This document shows, piece by piece, positions 35,867-47,402 of a stretch of 64,000 bases of DNA. Position numbers and translations under genes: made by a program. How positions within the stretch are numbered: position 1 is the first letter of the stretch; each line of letters begins with the position of its first letter. A model generated the notes under the pieces. That model made no database searches. It was not told where the DNA came from and saw only the letters and a list, made by a program, of their open reading frames with translations. Source of the DNA: Escherichia coli (GTDB taxonomy: Bacteria > Pseudomonadota > Gammaproteobacteria > Enterobacterales > Enterobacteriaceae); assembly GCF_003334405.1 (NCBI RefSeq), contig NZ_QOWM01000007.1. One strand, 5' to 3'.

Positions 35867-35999
35867 CTTTGCCCTGTTCCGTTTCGATCTTAACTCCAGC
35901 TCAAGCAACACCGTAAAAGTTGCAAAAACGTTAAATGCGTCACACATTTCAATGTTAAAGTGGTCGGCTTTTCCCCTGAAACATGCCACGGGTAACACC

Positions 36000-37190
36000 A
36001 TGAGTGAATTTATTGCCGAAAACCGCGGCGCGGATGCCATCACCCGACCGAACTGGTCAGCCGTTTTCTCGGTGGCGTTTTGTGTCGCCTGTCTGATTAT
36101 CGTTGAGTTTTTGCCCGTCAGTTTGTTGACGCCAATGGCCCAGGATTTAGGCATTTCGGAAGGGGTTGCCGGGCAATCGGTGACCGTGACCGCCTTTGTG
36201 GCAATGTTTGCCAGTTTGTTTATTACCCAGACAATTCAGGCTACTGACCGCCGCTACGTTGTTATTTTGTTTGCCGTTTTGCTGACGCTCTCCTGCTTGC
36301 TGGTTTCCTTTGCTAACTCATTCAGTTTGCTTTTAATCGGTCGTGCCTGTCTGGGGCTGGCGCTGGGCGGGTTCTGGGCGATGTCGGCGTCGCTGACCAT
36401 GCGTCTGGTGCCGCCGCGTACGGTGCCGAAGGCGCTGTCGGTGATCTTCGGCGCGGTTTCTATTGCGCTGGTGATTGCCGCGCCGTTGGGCAGTTTTTTA
36501 GGCGAGCTTATCGGTTGGCGCAATGTCTTTAATGCGGCGGCGGTGATGGGCGTGCTGTGTATTTTCTGGATTATCAAATCATTGCCTTCACTGCCAGGCG
36601 AACCCTCGCATCAGAAACAAAATACTTTCCGCTTATTACAACGTCCGGGTGTGATGGCAGGGATGATCGCCATCTTCATGTCTTTCGCCGGGCAGTTTGC
36701 TTTCTTCACGTATATTCGCCCGGTGTATATGAACCTGGCGGGATTCGGCGTGGATGGCTTAACGCTGGTGCTGTTGAGTTTTGGTATCGCCAGCTTTATT
36801 GGTACGTCGCTTTCGTCGTTCATTCTTAAACGTTCGGTAAAACTGGCCTTAGCAGGCGCGCCGTTAATACTGGCTGTGAGTGCGTTGGTACTGACGTTGT
36901 GGGGAAGCGATAAAATCGTTGCTACCGGCGTGGCGATTATCTGGGGGCTAACTTTTGCATTGGTTCCCGTCGGCTGGTCAACGTGGATCACCCGCTCGCT
37001 GGCCGATCAGGCAGAAAAAGCCGGGTCTATTCAGGTGGCGGTTATTCAGCTTGCTAATACCTGTGGCGCGGCAATCGGCGGTTATGCGCTGGATAATATT
37101 GGTCTGACTTCGCCGTTGATGTTGTCCGGCACATTGATGTTGCTGACTGCATTGTTGGTTACTGCAAAGGTGAAAATGAAGAAATCCTGA
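36000..37190 (+). CDS. nepI: Purine ribonucleoside efflux pump NepI (MFS)
   Basis: ORF 35835..37190 trimmed to [23 protein letters not shown]... (396 aa). Confidence 0.9.
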   Translation: MSEFIAENRGADAITRPNWSAVFSVAFCVACLIIVEFLPVSLLTPMAQDLGISEGVAGQSVTVTAFVAMFASLFITQTIQATDRRYVVILFAVLLTLSCLLVSFANSFSLLLIGRACLGLALGGFWAMSASLTMRLVPPRTVPKALSVIFGAVSIALVIAAPLGSFLGELIGWRNVFNAAAVMGVLCIFWIIKSLPSLPGEPSHQKQNTFRLLQRPGVMAGMIAIFMSFAGQFAFFTYIRPVYMNLAGFGVDGLTLVLLSFGIASFIGTSLSSFILKRSVKLALAGAPLILAVSALVLTLWGSDKIVATGVAIIWGLTFALVPVGWSTWITRSLADQAEKAGSIQVAVIQLANTCGAAIGGYALDNIGLTSPLMLSGTLMLLTALLVTAKVKMKKS

Positions 37191-37230
37191 TATCAGGTAA
37201 AGAAGCGTTGGTCAGTAGTTGTTGCTGTTC

Positions 37231-37524
37231 TTACATATCCGGGCATTCTACCTTACCCAACGCTTCCCAATAATTGCTCTGATTATTACGTTCCATCGCC
37301 ACGATGGCCTCGCGTATATGTTGTTTATTGTTTTCATCTGACAACATTAACTTTTCCCACGCTTCATCTGATAATGACGCCTGTGGCGTGCAAATTTTAC
37401 GTAAATCTTGTAATACCGTGGTTTTCTCTTTTGCGGACTGCAGTGAGCTAAAAGGCGACTCGGCGTATACGATGCCTGGCATAGCGAAAAAAGTGAAAAT
37501 AAGCAGTAGTGTCGTTGGTTTCAT
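37231..37524 (-). CDS. yicS: Uncharacterised secreted protein YicS
   Basis: 97-aa ORF with an N-terminal signal peptide (MKPTTLLLIFTFFAMPGIVYA). Confidence 0.85.
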   Translation of the reverse strand: MKPTTLLLIFTFFAMPGIVYAESPFSSLQSAKEKTTVLQDLRKICTPQASLSDEAWEKLMLSDENNKQHIREAIVAMERNNQSNYWEALGKVECPDM

Positions 37525-37745
37525 GGATTCAACCTTTTACAAATGTGTATCGAATGAAGCATAAGTGTAGTTTGCTTTCATCGCTCTCATCATGCTGTAC
37601 GAAACGCGCTTGCGTGGTCAGTAAGAAGTGCCAGACTTTATATTCCACTTTTATTCCTTTTTATTCTTATCGATAGCGTTTCGTTTTTTAAACCGCAGCG
37701 ACCTTACCGCTATAGTCAGGTAATCATTAATAAAAGGATAAAAAA

Positions 37746-38564
37746 ATGAAACTGACAACACATCATCTACGGACAGGGGCCGCATTATTGCTGGCCGGAA
37801 TTCTGCTGGCAGGTTGCGACCAGAGTAGCAGCGATGCAAAACACATTAAAGTTGGCGTTATAAATGGCGCAGAACAAGATGTCGCGGAAGTCGCTAAAAA
37901 GGTGGCAAAAGAGAAATATGGCCTCGATGTTGAACTGGTAGGATTTAGCGGTTCGTTGCTACCGAACGATGCGACAAATCATGGCGAACTTGATGCGAAT
38001 GTCTTCCAGCATCGACCCTTTCTTGAACAAGATAATCAGGCGCATGGTTATAAACTGGTAGCGGTGGGAAATACGTTTGTCTTCCCTATGGCGGGTTATT
38101 CCAAAAAAATCAAAACCGTGGCGCAAATAAAAGAAGGCGCGACAGTGGCGATCCCCAACGACCCGACCAACCTTGGTCGCGCACTTTTACTGTTGCAAAA
38201 AGAGAAGCTAATTACTCTGAAAGAGGGAAAAGGGTTATTACCTACCGCGCTGGATATAACCGATAATCCTCGTCATTTGCAGATTATGGAACTCGAGGGG
38301 GCGCAGCTCCCGCGCGTACTGGATGATCCCAAAGTTGATGTAGCGATTATCAGCACCACTTACATTCAGCAGACCGGGCTTTCTCCGGTGCACGACAGCG
38401 TATTTATTGAAGATAAGAATTCGCCGTATGTGAATATTTTGGTGGCACGGGAAGATAATAAGAATGCAGAAAACGTGAAGGAATTTCTGCAATCTTATCA
38501 ATCACCCGAAGTCGCTAAAGCGGCAGAAACCATTTTTAACGGTGGCGCGGTGCCTGGCTGGTAA
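37746..38564 (+). CDS. nlpA: Lipoprotein-28 NlpA (methionine-binding family)
   Basis: 272-aa ORF; signal peptide with lipobox LLAGC. Confidence 0.95.
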   Translation: MKLTTHHLRTGAALLLAGILLAGCDQSSSDAKHIKVGVINGAEQDVAEVAKKVAKEKYGLDVELVGFSGSLLPNDATNHGELDANVFQHRPFLEQDNQAHGYKLVAVGNTFVFPMAGYSKKIKTVAQIKEGATVAIPNDPTNLGRALLLLQKEKLITLKEGKGLLPTALDITDNPRHLQIMELEGAQLPRVLDDPKVDVAIISTTYIQQTGLSPVHDSVFIEDKNSPYVNILVAREDNKNAENVKEFLQSYQSPEVAKAAETIFNGGAVPGW

Positions 38565-38567
38565 TTC

Positions 38568-39491
38568 TCACTTATGCCGCGCCGGACGATTTATTTTTCT
38601 GGCGCGGCGACGGGAATCCATTGAAATCAAAATCACCGATGACAGAATCAGCAGCGTTCCCAGCCAGTCCGGTAATGTGAACGTGATCCCCAGCAACAGC
38701 AAAGAGAGTAGCGCGCTACTTAATGGTTCTGCACAGCTCAAAATGCTGGCTTTTGGACCGCCAATTAATTGTGCTCCTTTCAGGTACAGACTAAATGTCA
38801 GGGACGTACCAATGACCACCAAATAAAAAAACGCCAGAATCAAACTGCCGTTAACGACAAAGTTTGTTCCTTGTCTGGCATAAAAAGGCAACAGAATCAG
38901 ACCGCCAATCAGCATACTCCAGCCGACGACTGGTAACGTGCCATAGCGGGCAATTAGCGTTGAGGGATAGGTGGTATAGAATGCAGCAGCAAATGCCGAG
39001 GCAATGCCCCAGAACAACGCGGCAGGAGAGATCGATAATGACGTCGGATTACCGTGTGTCACCAATAAAAAAGTCCCGACCAGCGATGTCAAAATAGCGC
39101 AGAAAACCAGAATGCCCGGGCGCGATTTACGCACCAGTGAGAACCAGGCGACGATAATCGTCGGTGAGAGGAATTGCAGCACCGTTGCCGTGGCTGCGTT
39201 CGATTTTTCGATGGTTAGCAAAAAAGTGAGCTGTACAGTTAGCGCGCCAACCACGGAAAAAATCAGCAGGCTAATGGCATCTTTATGATTGTTAATAATA
39301 GAAAAGATTTTATCGCCATGAACAAATGACAGCGTCAGTAGAATCAAACCGGCGAATATCAAACGCGTCATAGTCAAAAACTGCGACGACATCTGGCTTT
39401 GCTCCATGATGTATTGCGCGCAGACCCCTGAACTTCCCCACAACACGGCGGCAATCAGAACGTTCAGCATCCCCTTTCTGGTGGAACCCAT
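38568..39491 (-). CDS. yicL: EamA/DMT-family inner-membrane transporter YicL
   Basis: 307-aa polytopic membrane ORF recognised as YicL. Confidence 0.9.
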
Positions 39492-39601
39492 TTTTCCCTC
39501 TGCATACTGTTTTGTCGTTTATGTATGCAGGCATGATAGCAAAAATGGCGAGGATGGCTCTGTTTGCGCCACGCCGATTTTTCTTAGCCCAGACTGGTGA
39601 G

Positions 39602-40786
39602 CTAAATATCTTTAATAAACAGCAGGCAAATCATCGCAATACCCAACATCCCTATCGCCAGCCAGAACAACGCATGGTAGCTCCAGATTTCAACCATAAT
39701 TCCGTCAACAGAGCCGGCGATAATCCAGCCGACGCGTGAAGTATTTGCATATAACGTTGTCGCAGAGCCTATTTTTTCAGGCATCAAGTCCTGAAAATAA
39801 AGCATGCCGATACCACAGAGAATACCAAGGAAGATGGCATTAAGAATTTGCAATTCCAGCTCAACCGCCGGAGTCGTCGCCATGAGTACGCTGGCGTAAA
39901 AACACATTCCACTCACGATAGCAATGAGCATTAATAGTCGCTTGCCAATACGTTTCATGTAATAGCCTGCGATTAACATCATCGGAATTTCCAGACCGGC
40001 AGCGATACCAATCATTTCTCCAGCCAGTTTATCGGTTAGATGCAGTTCATCAATAATAAATAGCGGCATATTTATCATGTAGAGATTATTCGCCGCCCAC
40101 ATCATTGAACAGACCACAAAAAGTAGCCGCGTATCCCGCTTCCTGTGGGTGGAGGGTAAAATTTCTACGGGTTGGGTAACGACAGGAATATTTCTTTGTA
40201 TTGATGGCAAAAACAACCAGACTATCAGTCCGCAAACAACAAATGCGATGGCAGCGGTGAGATACATCACTTTAAAACTAAATCCCATTGCCAGTTCATA
40301 AGCGAGCGGTGGCCCGATAACCCAGGCAAGCGAGATCTGAGCACGTAAAAATGTACTGAACATGACCGTCTCACGGCCTGTTCTGTCGGCGTGTTCACGG
40401 GCGAGGGCGAACATTTGCGGGTTTGCGGTGGAAGCAAAACTACTCAGAAGTACGCCCGTTGAGAGGAGAATGAAGTAGTTGCGATTCCACGCAAAAAGCG
40501 TGCAGGCCAGCACTCCAAATAAGCAACATAGCAGAATCAGTAATTTACGGTCGCCTTGTTTATCGGAGTGCCTTGCCAGAAATTGACTGACCAGAATTCC
40601 CATAATAGCGCTACCGGTGAAGAAAAAACCTACCATTATAGGACGGGCTTTCAGTTCATCTGCGAGGAATATACTTAGGGTAGGAGTCTGAAGAGCGCCC
40701 GCAATACCCGTCAGAAAGGCGACAAGTAAAAATGCCGCGGCAGTGAGATCAAGTATTTTTGATGGAGTGGTAGCCGTTTTTTGCAT
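39602..40786 (-). CDS. setC: Sugar efflux transporter SetC (MFS)
   Basis: 394-aa ORF recognised as SetC. Confidence 0.9.
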   Translation of the reverse strand: MQKTATTPSKILDLTAAAFLLVAFLTGIAGALQTPTLSIFLADELKARPIMVGFFFTGSAIMGILVSQFLARHSDKQGDRKLLILLCCLFGVLACTLFAWNRNYFILLSTGVLLSSFASTANPQMFALAREHADRTGRETVMFSTFLRAQISLAWVIGPPLAYELAMGFSFKVMYLTAAIAFVVCGLIVWLFLPSIQRNIPVVTQPVEILPSTHRKRDTRLLFVVCSMMWAANNLYMINMPLFIIDELHLTDKLAGEMIGIAAGLEIPMMLIAGYYMKRIGKRLLMLIAIVSGMCFYASVLMATTPAVELELQILNAIFLGILCGIGMLYFQDLMPEKIGSATTLYANTSRVGWIIAGSVDGIMVEIWSYHALFWLAIGMLGIAMICLLFIKDI

Positions 40787-41422
40787 TCTTCTGAATCACC
40801 GGGCGAAAAAATATAACTGAGTTACAAATAAGTACCAGTCGAATGAGTATTGTATTAAGAATTTTTGAGTATCGCTGATACAACCAGAAAGCAATGCTAG
40901 CGCAATATTATAGGGCCAGCAATTGAGATTATTAGTAAAAGCATGTTAAGAATTAATTACCGAATTTATATATTAATTATAGTAAGGCAATGAGCTATTT
41001 TTGATAGTAAAAATAAAACAAGTTGATTTGATATATTAAATGAACAAATTAATCTTGATGGCAGTCTGATTATTGGTGAAGTTTATAGTCAGTTTTTTTC
41101 GCCAGCGGTTAAAGAAATAGAATAGTCGTATAAAAAAGGGTGTTCTGGGGCGAGTAAAACAACATCTTCACCTTAATGGCGATACAGTTGGCTGAGAGTC
41201 AGCAGGGGGGCAAATCACCTGCAAATAAACACGGCGCATACTGGCGTGAATATCGCGGATGCGTTCGAGGACAGAAGAACCGACAGGCGGATTCTTCAGC
41301 CGCTCATCGTCCATCACAAAACCTTAGACCAGGTATTCCTGAAGCCGATTGAATATTGAGCAGTAGAAAATATCTGGATTGACAGTATTACAAGGGGTTG
41401 GAGAACGTCAGGAGAGGCATTT

Positions 41423-41517
41423 TGGCGGAAGATCACAGGAGTCGAACCTGCCCGGGACCGCTGGCGGCCCCAACTGGATTTGAAGTCCAGCCGCCTCACC
41501 GGAGACGACGATCTTCC
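41423..41517 (-). tRNA. selC: tRNA-Sec (selenocysteine tRNA, UCA anticodon)
   Basis: Minus strand reads GGAAGATCGTCGTCTCCGGTGAGGCGGCTGGACTTCAAATCCAGTTGGGGCCGCCAGCGGTCCCGGGCAGGTTCGACTCCTGTGATCTTCCGCCA, the E. coli selC sequence, 95 nt including the encoded CCA. Confidence 0.95.
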
Positions 41518-41809
41518 GCGCCTCGATTGCTACATGGAGGCGGGGCGCATTATAGCTACTTCCTTGAGTTTCTACATCCCCCAGATCAGTTTTTTCCGCC
41601 TAATACACGCAGCGTATTATCACGAAAGCATTATAGTTCATATAAAATCCATATTTTACAATGATATATGAGCGGAATTAACGCTACCACGATCACATAA
41701 AACAAGAATCATAAATTAATAACCAGATATCGGAATATTCGCTCTCACAGGGATGGTTTACAAAATGCGTTATCGGTCTCAGCACCCCTATAGCATCAAG
41801 GAAAAGTAG

Positions 41810-43192
41810 ATGAAGAGTGAAGTGTTGTCCGTTAAAGAGAAAATTGGTTATGGCATGGGAGACGCCGCCAGCCACATTATTTTCGATAACGTAATGTTAT
41901 ATATGATGTTCTTTTATACCGATATTTTTGGCATTCCTGCCGGATTTGTCGGAACCATGTTTTTGGTCGCTCGTGCACTGGATGCGATTTCCGATCCTTG
42001 CATGGGGTTGTTGGCCGATCGAACGCGCTCTCGCTGGGGTAAATTTCGTCCGTGGGTACTGTTTGGCGCACTGCCATTTGGGATCGTCTGTGTACTGGCC
42101 TATAGCACGCCAGATCTCAGTATGAACGGAAAAATGATTTATGCAGCAATTACTTACACCCTACTTACCTTACTTTATACCGTCGTCAATATCCCTTACT
42201 GCGCATTGGGTGGTGTAATCACCAATGACCCGACTCAGCGTATCTCGCTGCAATCCTGGCGTTTTGTGCTGGCGACCGCGGGAGGCATGCTTTCTACGGT
42301 TCTGATGATGCCACTGGTTAATTTAATTGGTGGTGATAATAAACCACTCGGTTTCCAGGGTGGTATCGCGGTCCTTTCCGTGGTGGCATTCATGATGCTG
42401 GCATTCTGTTTCTTCACCACTAAAGAACGCGTTGAAGCACCACCTACAACGACGTCTATGCGGGAAGATTTACGTGATATCTGGCAAAACGACCAGTGGC
42501 GGATTGTCGGTTTACTAACCATTTTCAATATCCTGGCGGTGTGCGTACGCGGTGGAGCGATGATGTATTACGTCACATGGATTTTGGGTACGCCGGAAGT
42601 GTTTGTCGCTTTTCTCACCACTTATTGCGTGGGTAACCTGATTGGTTCCGCTCTGGCAAAACCGCTGACCGACTGGAAATGTAAAGTCACTATTTTCTGG
42701 TGGACGAACGCCCTGCTGGCAGTGATTAGCCTCGCGATGTTCTTTGTTCCCATGCAGGCCAGCATCACTATGTTTGTCTTCATCTTCGTGATTGGTGTGT
42801 TGCATCAACTGGTGACACCTATCCAGTGGGTAATGATGTCCGATACCGTCGACTACGGCGAGTGGTGCAATGGTAAACGCCTGACCGGGATCAGTTTTGC
42901 TGGCACGCTGTTTGTGCTCAAACTGGGGTTGGCCTTCGGCGGCGCTCTTATCGGCTGGATGCTGGCTTATGGCGGATATGATGCGGCAGAAAAAGCGCAG
43001 AACAGCGCCACGATTAGCATCATTATTGCGCTATTCACGATTGTTCCGGCGATCTGTTATTTGCTGAGCGCGATTATCGCTAAACGCTACTACTCACTCA
43101 CGACGCACAATCTGAAAACCGTTATGGAACAGCTGGCCCAGGGCAAACGCCGTTGCCAGCAACAATTCACCTCTCAAGAAGTGCAGAACTAA
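41810..43192 (+). CDS. yicJ: GPH-family glycoside transporter (putative xyloside permease)
   Basis: 460-aa ORF recognised as YicJ. Confidence 0.9.
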   Translation: MKSEVLSVKEKIGYGMGDAASHIIFDNVMLYMMFFYTDIFGIPAGFVGTMFLVARALDAISDPCMGLLADRTRSRWGKFRPWVLFGALPFGIVCVLAYSTPDLSMNGKMIYAAITYTLLTLLYTVVNIPYCALGGVITNDPTQRISLQSWRFVLATAGGMLSTVLMMPLVNLIGGDNKPLGFQGGIAVLSVVAFMMLAFCFFTTKERVEAPPTTTSMREDLRDIWQNDQWRIVGLLTIFNILAVCVRGGAMMYYVTWILGTPEVFVAFLTTYCVGNLIGSALAKPLTDWKCKVTIFWWTNALLAVISLAMFFVPMQASITMFVFIFVIGVLHQLVTPIQWVMMSDTVDYGEWCNGKRLTGISFAGTLFVLKLGLAFGGALIGWMLAYGGYDAAEKAQNSATISIIIALFTIVPAICYLLSAIIAKRYYSLTTHNLKTVMEQLAQGKRRCQQQFTSQEVQN

Positions 43193-43201
43193 GGAACGGC
43201 A

Positions 43202-45520
43202 ATGAAAATTAGCGATGGAAACTGGTTGATTCAACCTGGCCTCAATTTGATTCACCCGCTTCAGGTGTTCGAGGTTGAACAGCAGGGTAATGAAATGGTG
43301 GTCTATGCTGCCCCCCGTGATGTGCGTGAACGTACCTGGCAGCTTGATACGCCTTTATTTACGCTGCGCTTTTTCTCCCCACAGGAAGGTATTGTCGGTG
43401 TACGGATTGAGCATTTTCAGGGGGCGCTGAATAACGGTCCTCATTACCCACTCAATATTTTGCAGGACGTGAAGGTCACAATCGAAAACACAGAGCGTTA
43501 TGCTGAGTTTAAAAGTGGCAACTTAAGTGCGCGTGTCAGCAAAGGTGAGTTCTGGTCACTGGATTTTCTGCGCAACGGCGAACGTATTACCGGTAGTCAG
43601 GTGAAAAATAATGGCTACGTGCAGGACACGAATAATCAACGAAATTATATGTTTGAGCGGCTGGATCTTGGCGTTGGCGAAACAGTTTATGGTCTGGGAG
43701 AGCGCTTCACTGCCCTGGTGCGCAATGGTCAAACGGTAGAGACCTGGAACCGGGACGGCGGCACAAGTACTGAACAGGCGTATAAAAATATCCCGTTCTA
43801 CATGACTAACCGTGGTTATGGGGTACTGGTCAATCATCCCCAATGCGTCTCTTTTGAAGTGGGATCGGAGAAAGTCTCCAAAGTGCAGTTCAGCGTTGAG
43901 AGTGAATATCTCGAATACTTTGTTATCGACGGTCCGACGCCGAAAGCGGTACTTGATCGTTATACCCGCTTTACTGGTCGTCCGGCGCTGCCGCCCGCGT
44001 GGTCCTTCGGTCTGTGGCTAACCACTTCATTTACCACCAACTACGACGAGGCGACAGTAAACAGCTTTATCGATGGTATGGCGGAACGCAATCTGCCACT
44101 GCATGTTTTCCACTTTGACTGTTTCTGGATGAAAGCCTTCCAGTGGTGCGATTTTGAGTGGGACCCGCTGACTTTCCCGGACCCGGAAGGGATGATCCGC
44201 CGCCTGAAAGCGAAAGGGCTGAAAATCTGCGTCTGGATTAACCCCTATATCGGGCAAAAATCCCCCGTCTTTAAAGAGTTACAAGAGAAAGGCTATTTAC
44301 TCAAACGCCCGGACGGTTCGCTGTGGCAGTGGGATAAATGGCAGCCAGGTCTGGCGATTTATGACTTTACCAATCCGGATGCCTGCACATGGTACGCCGA
44401 CAAACTGAAAGGTCTGGTCGCGATGGGCGTTGATTGCTTTAAGACCGACTTTGGCGAACGTATCCCAACCGATGTTCAGTGGTTTGACGGTTCCGATCCG
44501 CAGAAAATGCATAACCATTATGCGTACATCTACAACGAACTGGTGTGGAACGTGCTCAAGGACACCGTTGGTGAGGAAGAAGCCGTCTTGTTTGCCCGCT
44601 CGGCCTCCGTTGGTGCGCAGAAATTCCCGGTACACTGGGGTGGTGACTGTTACGCTAACTACGAATCAATGGCGGAAAGCCTGCGCGGTGGTTTGTCTAT
44701 TGGCCTTTCAGGTTTTGGCTTCTGGAGCCACGATATCGGCGGCTTTGAAAATACCGCTCCGGCACACGTTTACAAACGCTGGTGCGCGTTTGGTTTGCTC
44801 TCCAGCCATAGCCGTTTACATGGCAGCAAATCTTATCGTGTGCCGTGGGCCTACGATGATGAGTCCTGTGATGTGGTGCGCTTCTTCACGCAACTGAAAT
44901 GCCGCATGATGCCGTATCTGTATCGTGAAGCTGCGCGTGCAAACACGCGGGGTACGCCGATGATGCGGGCCATGATGATGGAGTTCCCGGACGATCCGGC
45001 TTGTGATTACCTTGACCGTCAATACATGTTAGGCGACAACGTGATGGTTGCGCCGGTGTTCACTGAAGCGGGCGATGTGCAGTTCTACCTGCCGGAAGGT
45101 CGCTGGACACACCTGTGGCACAACGATGAACTCGACGGTAGTCGCTGGCATAAACAGCAGCACAGCTTCCTGAGTCTGCCCGTTTATGTGCGTGATAACA
45201 CTCTACTGGCGCTGGGCAACAACGATCAACGTCCCGATTACGCGTGGCACGAAGGCACGGCATTCCACCTCTTTAATCAGCAAGACGGGCATGAAGCCGT
45301 CTGTGAAGTGCCCGCTGCTGACGGTTCGGTGATCTTTACTCTAAAAGCAACACGTACTGGTAACACGATTACTGTGATTGGTGCGGGCGAGGCGAGGAAC
45401 TGGACACTGTGCTTGCGCAATGTTGTGAAAGTAAATGGTCTGCAAGGCGGTTCGCAGGCTGAAAGTGAGCAGGGGCTGGTGGTGAAGCCTCAAGGGAATG
45501 CGCTGACAATTACGTTGTAA
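43202..45520 (+). CDS. yicI: Alpha-xylosidase (glycoside hydrolase family 31)
   Basis: 772-aa ORF starting 10 bp after yicJ; recognised YicI sequence. Confidence 0.95.
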   Translation: MKISDGNWLIQPGLNLIHPLQVFEVEQQGNEMVVYAAPRDVRERTWQLDTPLFTLRFFSPQEGIVGVRIEHFQGALNNGPHYPLNILQDVKVTIENTERYAEFKSGNLSARVSKGEFWSLDFLRNGERITGSQVKNNGYVQDTNNQRNYMFERLDLGVGETVYGLGERFTALVRNGQTVETWNRDGGTSTEQAYKNIPFYMTNRGYGVLVNHPQCVSFEVGSEKVSKVQFSVESEYLEYFVIDGPTPKAVLDRYTRFTGRPALPPAWSFGLWLTTSFTTNYDEATVNSFIDGMAERNLPLHVFHFDCFWMKAFQWCDFEWDPLTFPDPEGMIRRLKAKGLKICVWINPYIGQKSPVFKELQEKGYLLKRPDGSLWQWDKWQPGLAIYDFTNPDACTWYADKLKGLVAMGVDCFKTDFGERIPTDVQWFDGSDPQKMHNHYAYIYNELVWNVLKDTVGEEEAVLFARSASVGAQKFPVHWGGDCYANYESMAESLRGGLSIGLSGFGFWSHDIGGFENTAPAHVYKRWCAFGLLSSHSRLHGSKSYRVPWAYDDESCDVVRFFTQLKCRMMPYLYREAARANTRGTPMMRAMMMEFPDDPACDYLDRQYMLGDNVMVAPVFTEAGDVQFYLPEGRWTHLWHNDELDGSRWHKQQHSFLSLPVYVRDNTLLALGNNDQRPDYAWHEGTAFHLFNQQDGHEAVCEVPAADGSVIFTLKATRTGNTITVIGAGEARNWTLCLRNVVKVNGLQGGSQAESEQGLVVKPQGNALTITL

Positions 45521-45572
45521 TCTATTGATGGAATGCCGGGTACGTCTGAGTCGTACCCGACGAGATTGATGT

Positions 45573-47282
45573 TTACTGCACCGGCTCCGTCGATGTAACT
45601 TCACCGCTGGAAACGACGCCCGCATTCATGGTTTGAGTCACTTGCTGCTTTGCGGCGTTCACGGCATGCAATTGCCCGCTAACCGTAGGTTTCAGCGGGG
45701 CATTGGCCTGAATATCTCCACTGGCGGTAAGCTGAATATTGCCGTCGCCAGTCAACGGTAATTCAGGCCATCCCCATTGTTGCAAAATATTCACCGGCAC
45801 ACCGCGTCCATTCAGGCTGATATGGGTCTGACGTTGTGGCGTTTGTGAAACACTGGCGGTGGCTTCCAGAATGCCTTTTTCAGTAAATGCACTCAGTTCG
45901 CTGATATTCACCGTGCTGCTGTTGGCGGTCAGCGCCAGCGACGGGCGACGAACATCAACACGATTGAATGTCGCGGCGGCGGCATTCAGATTCGCCGAGC
46001 CACTCCAGACGCCCCATTTATGATCGGTAACCAGCGTCAGGTTGGCACCGTAACCATCGAGCGTGGTGAGCTGCCACGGGAAGTCAGGGTCGATATCAAT
46101 GATCAGATTGCGGCTGGCGCTAAATCTCTTCAGTTGCAGGCTGTTTAACCAACCGGGTGTCGTTTCCATCCACAACTGTTGCCAGTTTTTCGGCAAGGTA
46201 TATTCCAGCCCGGCAATTGCCGCATCATCAAGGATCAACGTTTTCCCGTCACGCAGCCAGTTCCCTGACGTTCTGACCATACCCCCTTCCCAGCGGCTGG
46301 TGAACTGGCGCAGCGCTACGCCCTGCGGGGAAAATTCCGCGTTTATAATCGGGTCAAATAAATGCAGCGAACCATAAATGAACTCGCTAGCGTTCATCGA
46401 CAGTTTGCCTTCTTGTGTCTGCCAGTCATCTTTACTGAAGGTCATGTTGCGCAAGCTGAGATCGAGGTCGGTCACCGCCCAGTCCGGACCTTGCAAACGA
46501 GCATCGATCACTTCCAGGCGACCAATCTGCAACGACGGGACAGAGCGTAATGGCGCAAAGAAGTCGGTTAGCGATTTTTCGCTTTGTAGACGGATATCCG
46601 CCATGCGCAGGTTTTCCACTTGCCAGCTGCCGTCGGCGTTACGCTGCGCGTTTCCGGTTAATGTCCCGCGCGCGATGTCGGCACCCAGGTTAGTCAGCGT
46701 AACGCGATCGTTATCAATACTGCCTTCAATCAGTACATTGGTGGCAGGAACATCATTGAGCGAAAGCGATCCGGCACTAAACTGAATCTGCGCCTTCGTA
46801 CCCAGCACTTTACCGGCTTCTGGTGACCACGGAACCACGCCGCCATTTACCCGCTGCGCGCTCAGTTTCCATTCGCTATTCGGGCTATTAAACGCCATAT
46901 CACGCAGTTGCAGACGATCGGCTTTGAACGGTAGCGGCGCGGTCTGGTCGGTGAGATTCAGCGTCCCGTTTTCCAGCAGGATGGTATCGACATGGCGTGG
47001 TTCGGTCAGTTGCCGACTACTTAGCGCAATGTCGACACTTTTGGCCACCAGGGTCGCGGGCTGGCCATCACGACCAAACGTGACATTCTCCAGCACGATA
47101 TGAGATGGCGCGGAAAAACGGTGATCCATCGCCCCGAAGGCCAGATGATAGTCGCTATTCTCGGAAACCCATGCGCTGATATGTTCTGCTCCCCAGCGGG
47201 TTTGCAGAAGAAAATAGAGGCCAGCGATCACCACTAACAGAGCGATGAGAATGTAGAGAAGCAGCTTCCCAATAAATTTCAT
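45573..47282 (-). CDS. yicH: AsmA-family protein YicH
   Basis: ORF 45573..47306 trimmed to MKFIGKLLLYILIALLVVIAGLYF... (569 aa); N-terminal membrane anchor. Confidence 0.85.
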   Translation of the reverse strand: MKFIGKLLLYILIALLVVIAGLYFLLQTRWGAEHISAWVSENSDYHLAFGAMDHRFSAPSHIVLENVTFGRDGQPATLVAKSVDIALSSRQLTEPRHVDTILLENGTLNLTDQTAPLPFKADRLQLRDMAFNSPNSEWKLSAQRVNGGVVPWSPEAGKVLGTKAQIQFSAGSLSLNDVPATNVLIEGSIDNDRVTLTNLGADIARGTLTGNAQRNADGSWQVENLRMADIRLQSEKSLTDFFAPLRSVPSLQIGRLEVIDARLQGPDWAVTDLDLSLRNMTFSKDDWQTQEGKLSMNASEFIYGSLHLFDPIINAEFSPQGVALRQFTSRWEGGMVRTSGNWLRDGKTLILDDAAIAGLEYTLPKNWQQLWMETTPGWLNSLQLKRFSASRNLIIDIDPDFPWQLTTLDGYGANLTLVTDHKWGVWSGSANLNAAAATFNRVDVRRPSLALTANSSTVNISELSAFTEKGILEATASVSQTPQRQTHISLNGRGVPVNILQQWGWPELPLTGDGNIQLTASGDIQANAPLKPTVSGQLHAVNAAKQQVTQTMNAGVVSSGEVTSTEPVQ

Positions 47283-47402
47283 GGTCTTCCATCCCGTGAA
47301 ATGCACATAAGGGAGTTATGCACGATTTACGCGCAATCCTCAAGGCGGGAATGGTGAAAGAGGTGAGACTGCGGCGGTAATTATCTTACCGCCGCCAGTG
47401 AA

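Noticed and set aside
35835-35999. 55-codon N-terminal extension of the nepI ORF
   Set aside because: It runs through the REP elements at 35796-35866; the ATG at 36000 gives the expected [10 protein letters not shown]... start.
41314-41499. 61-aa ORF overlapping selC
   Set aside because: It overlaps the tRNA-Sec gene on the same strand and has no coding features; an artefact of the AT-rich spacer.
44430-44897. 155-aa plus-strand ORF
   Set aside because: Alternative frame inside yicI; no RBS and no recognisable fold.
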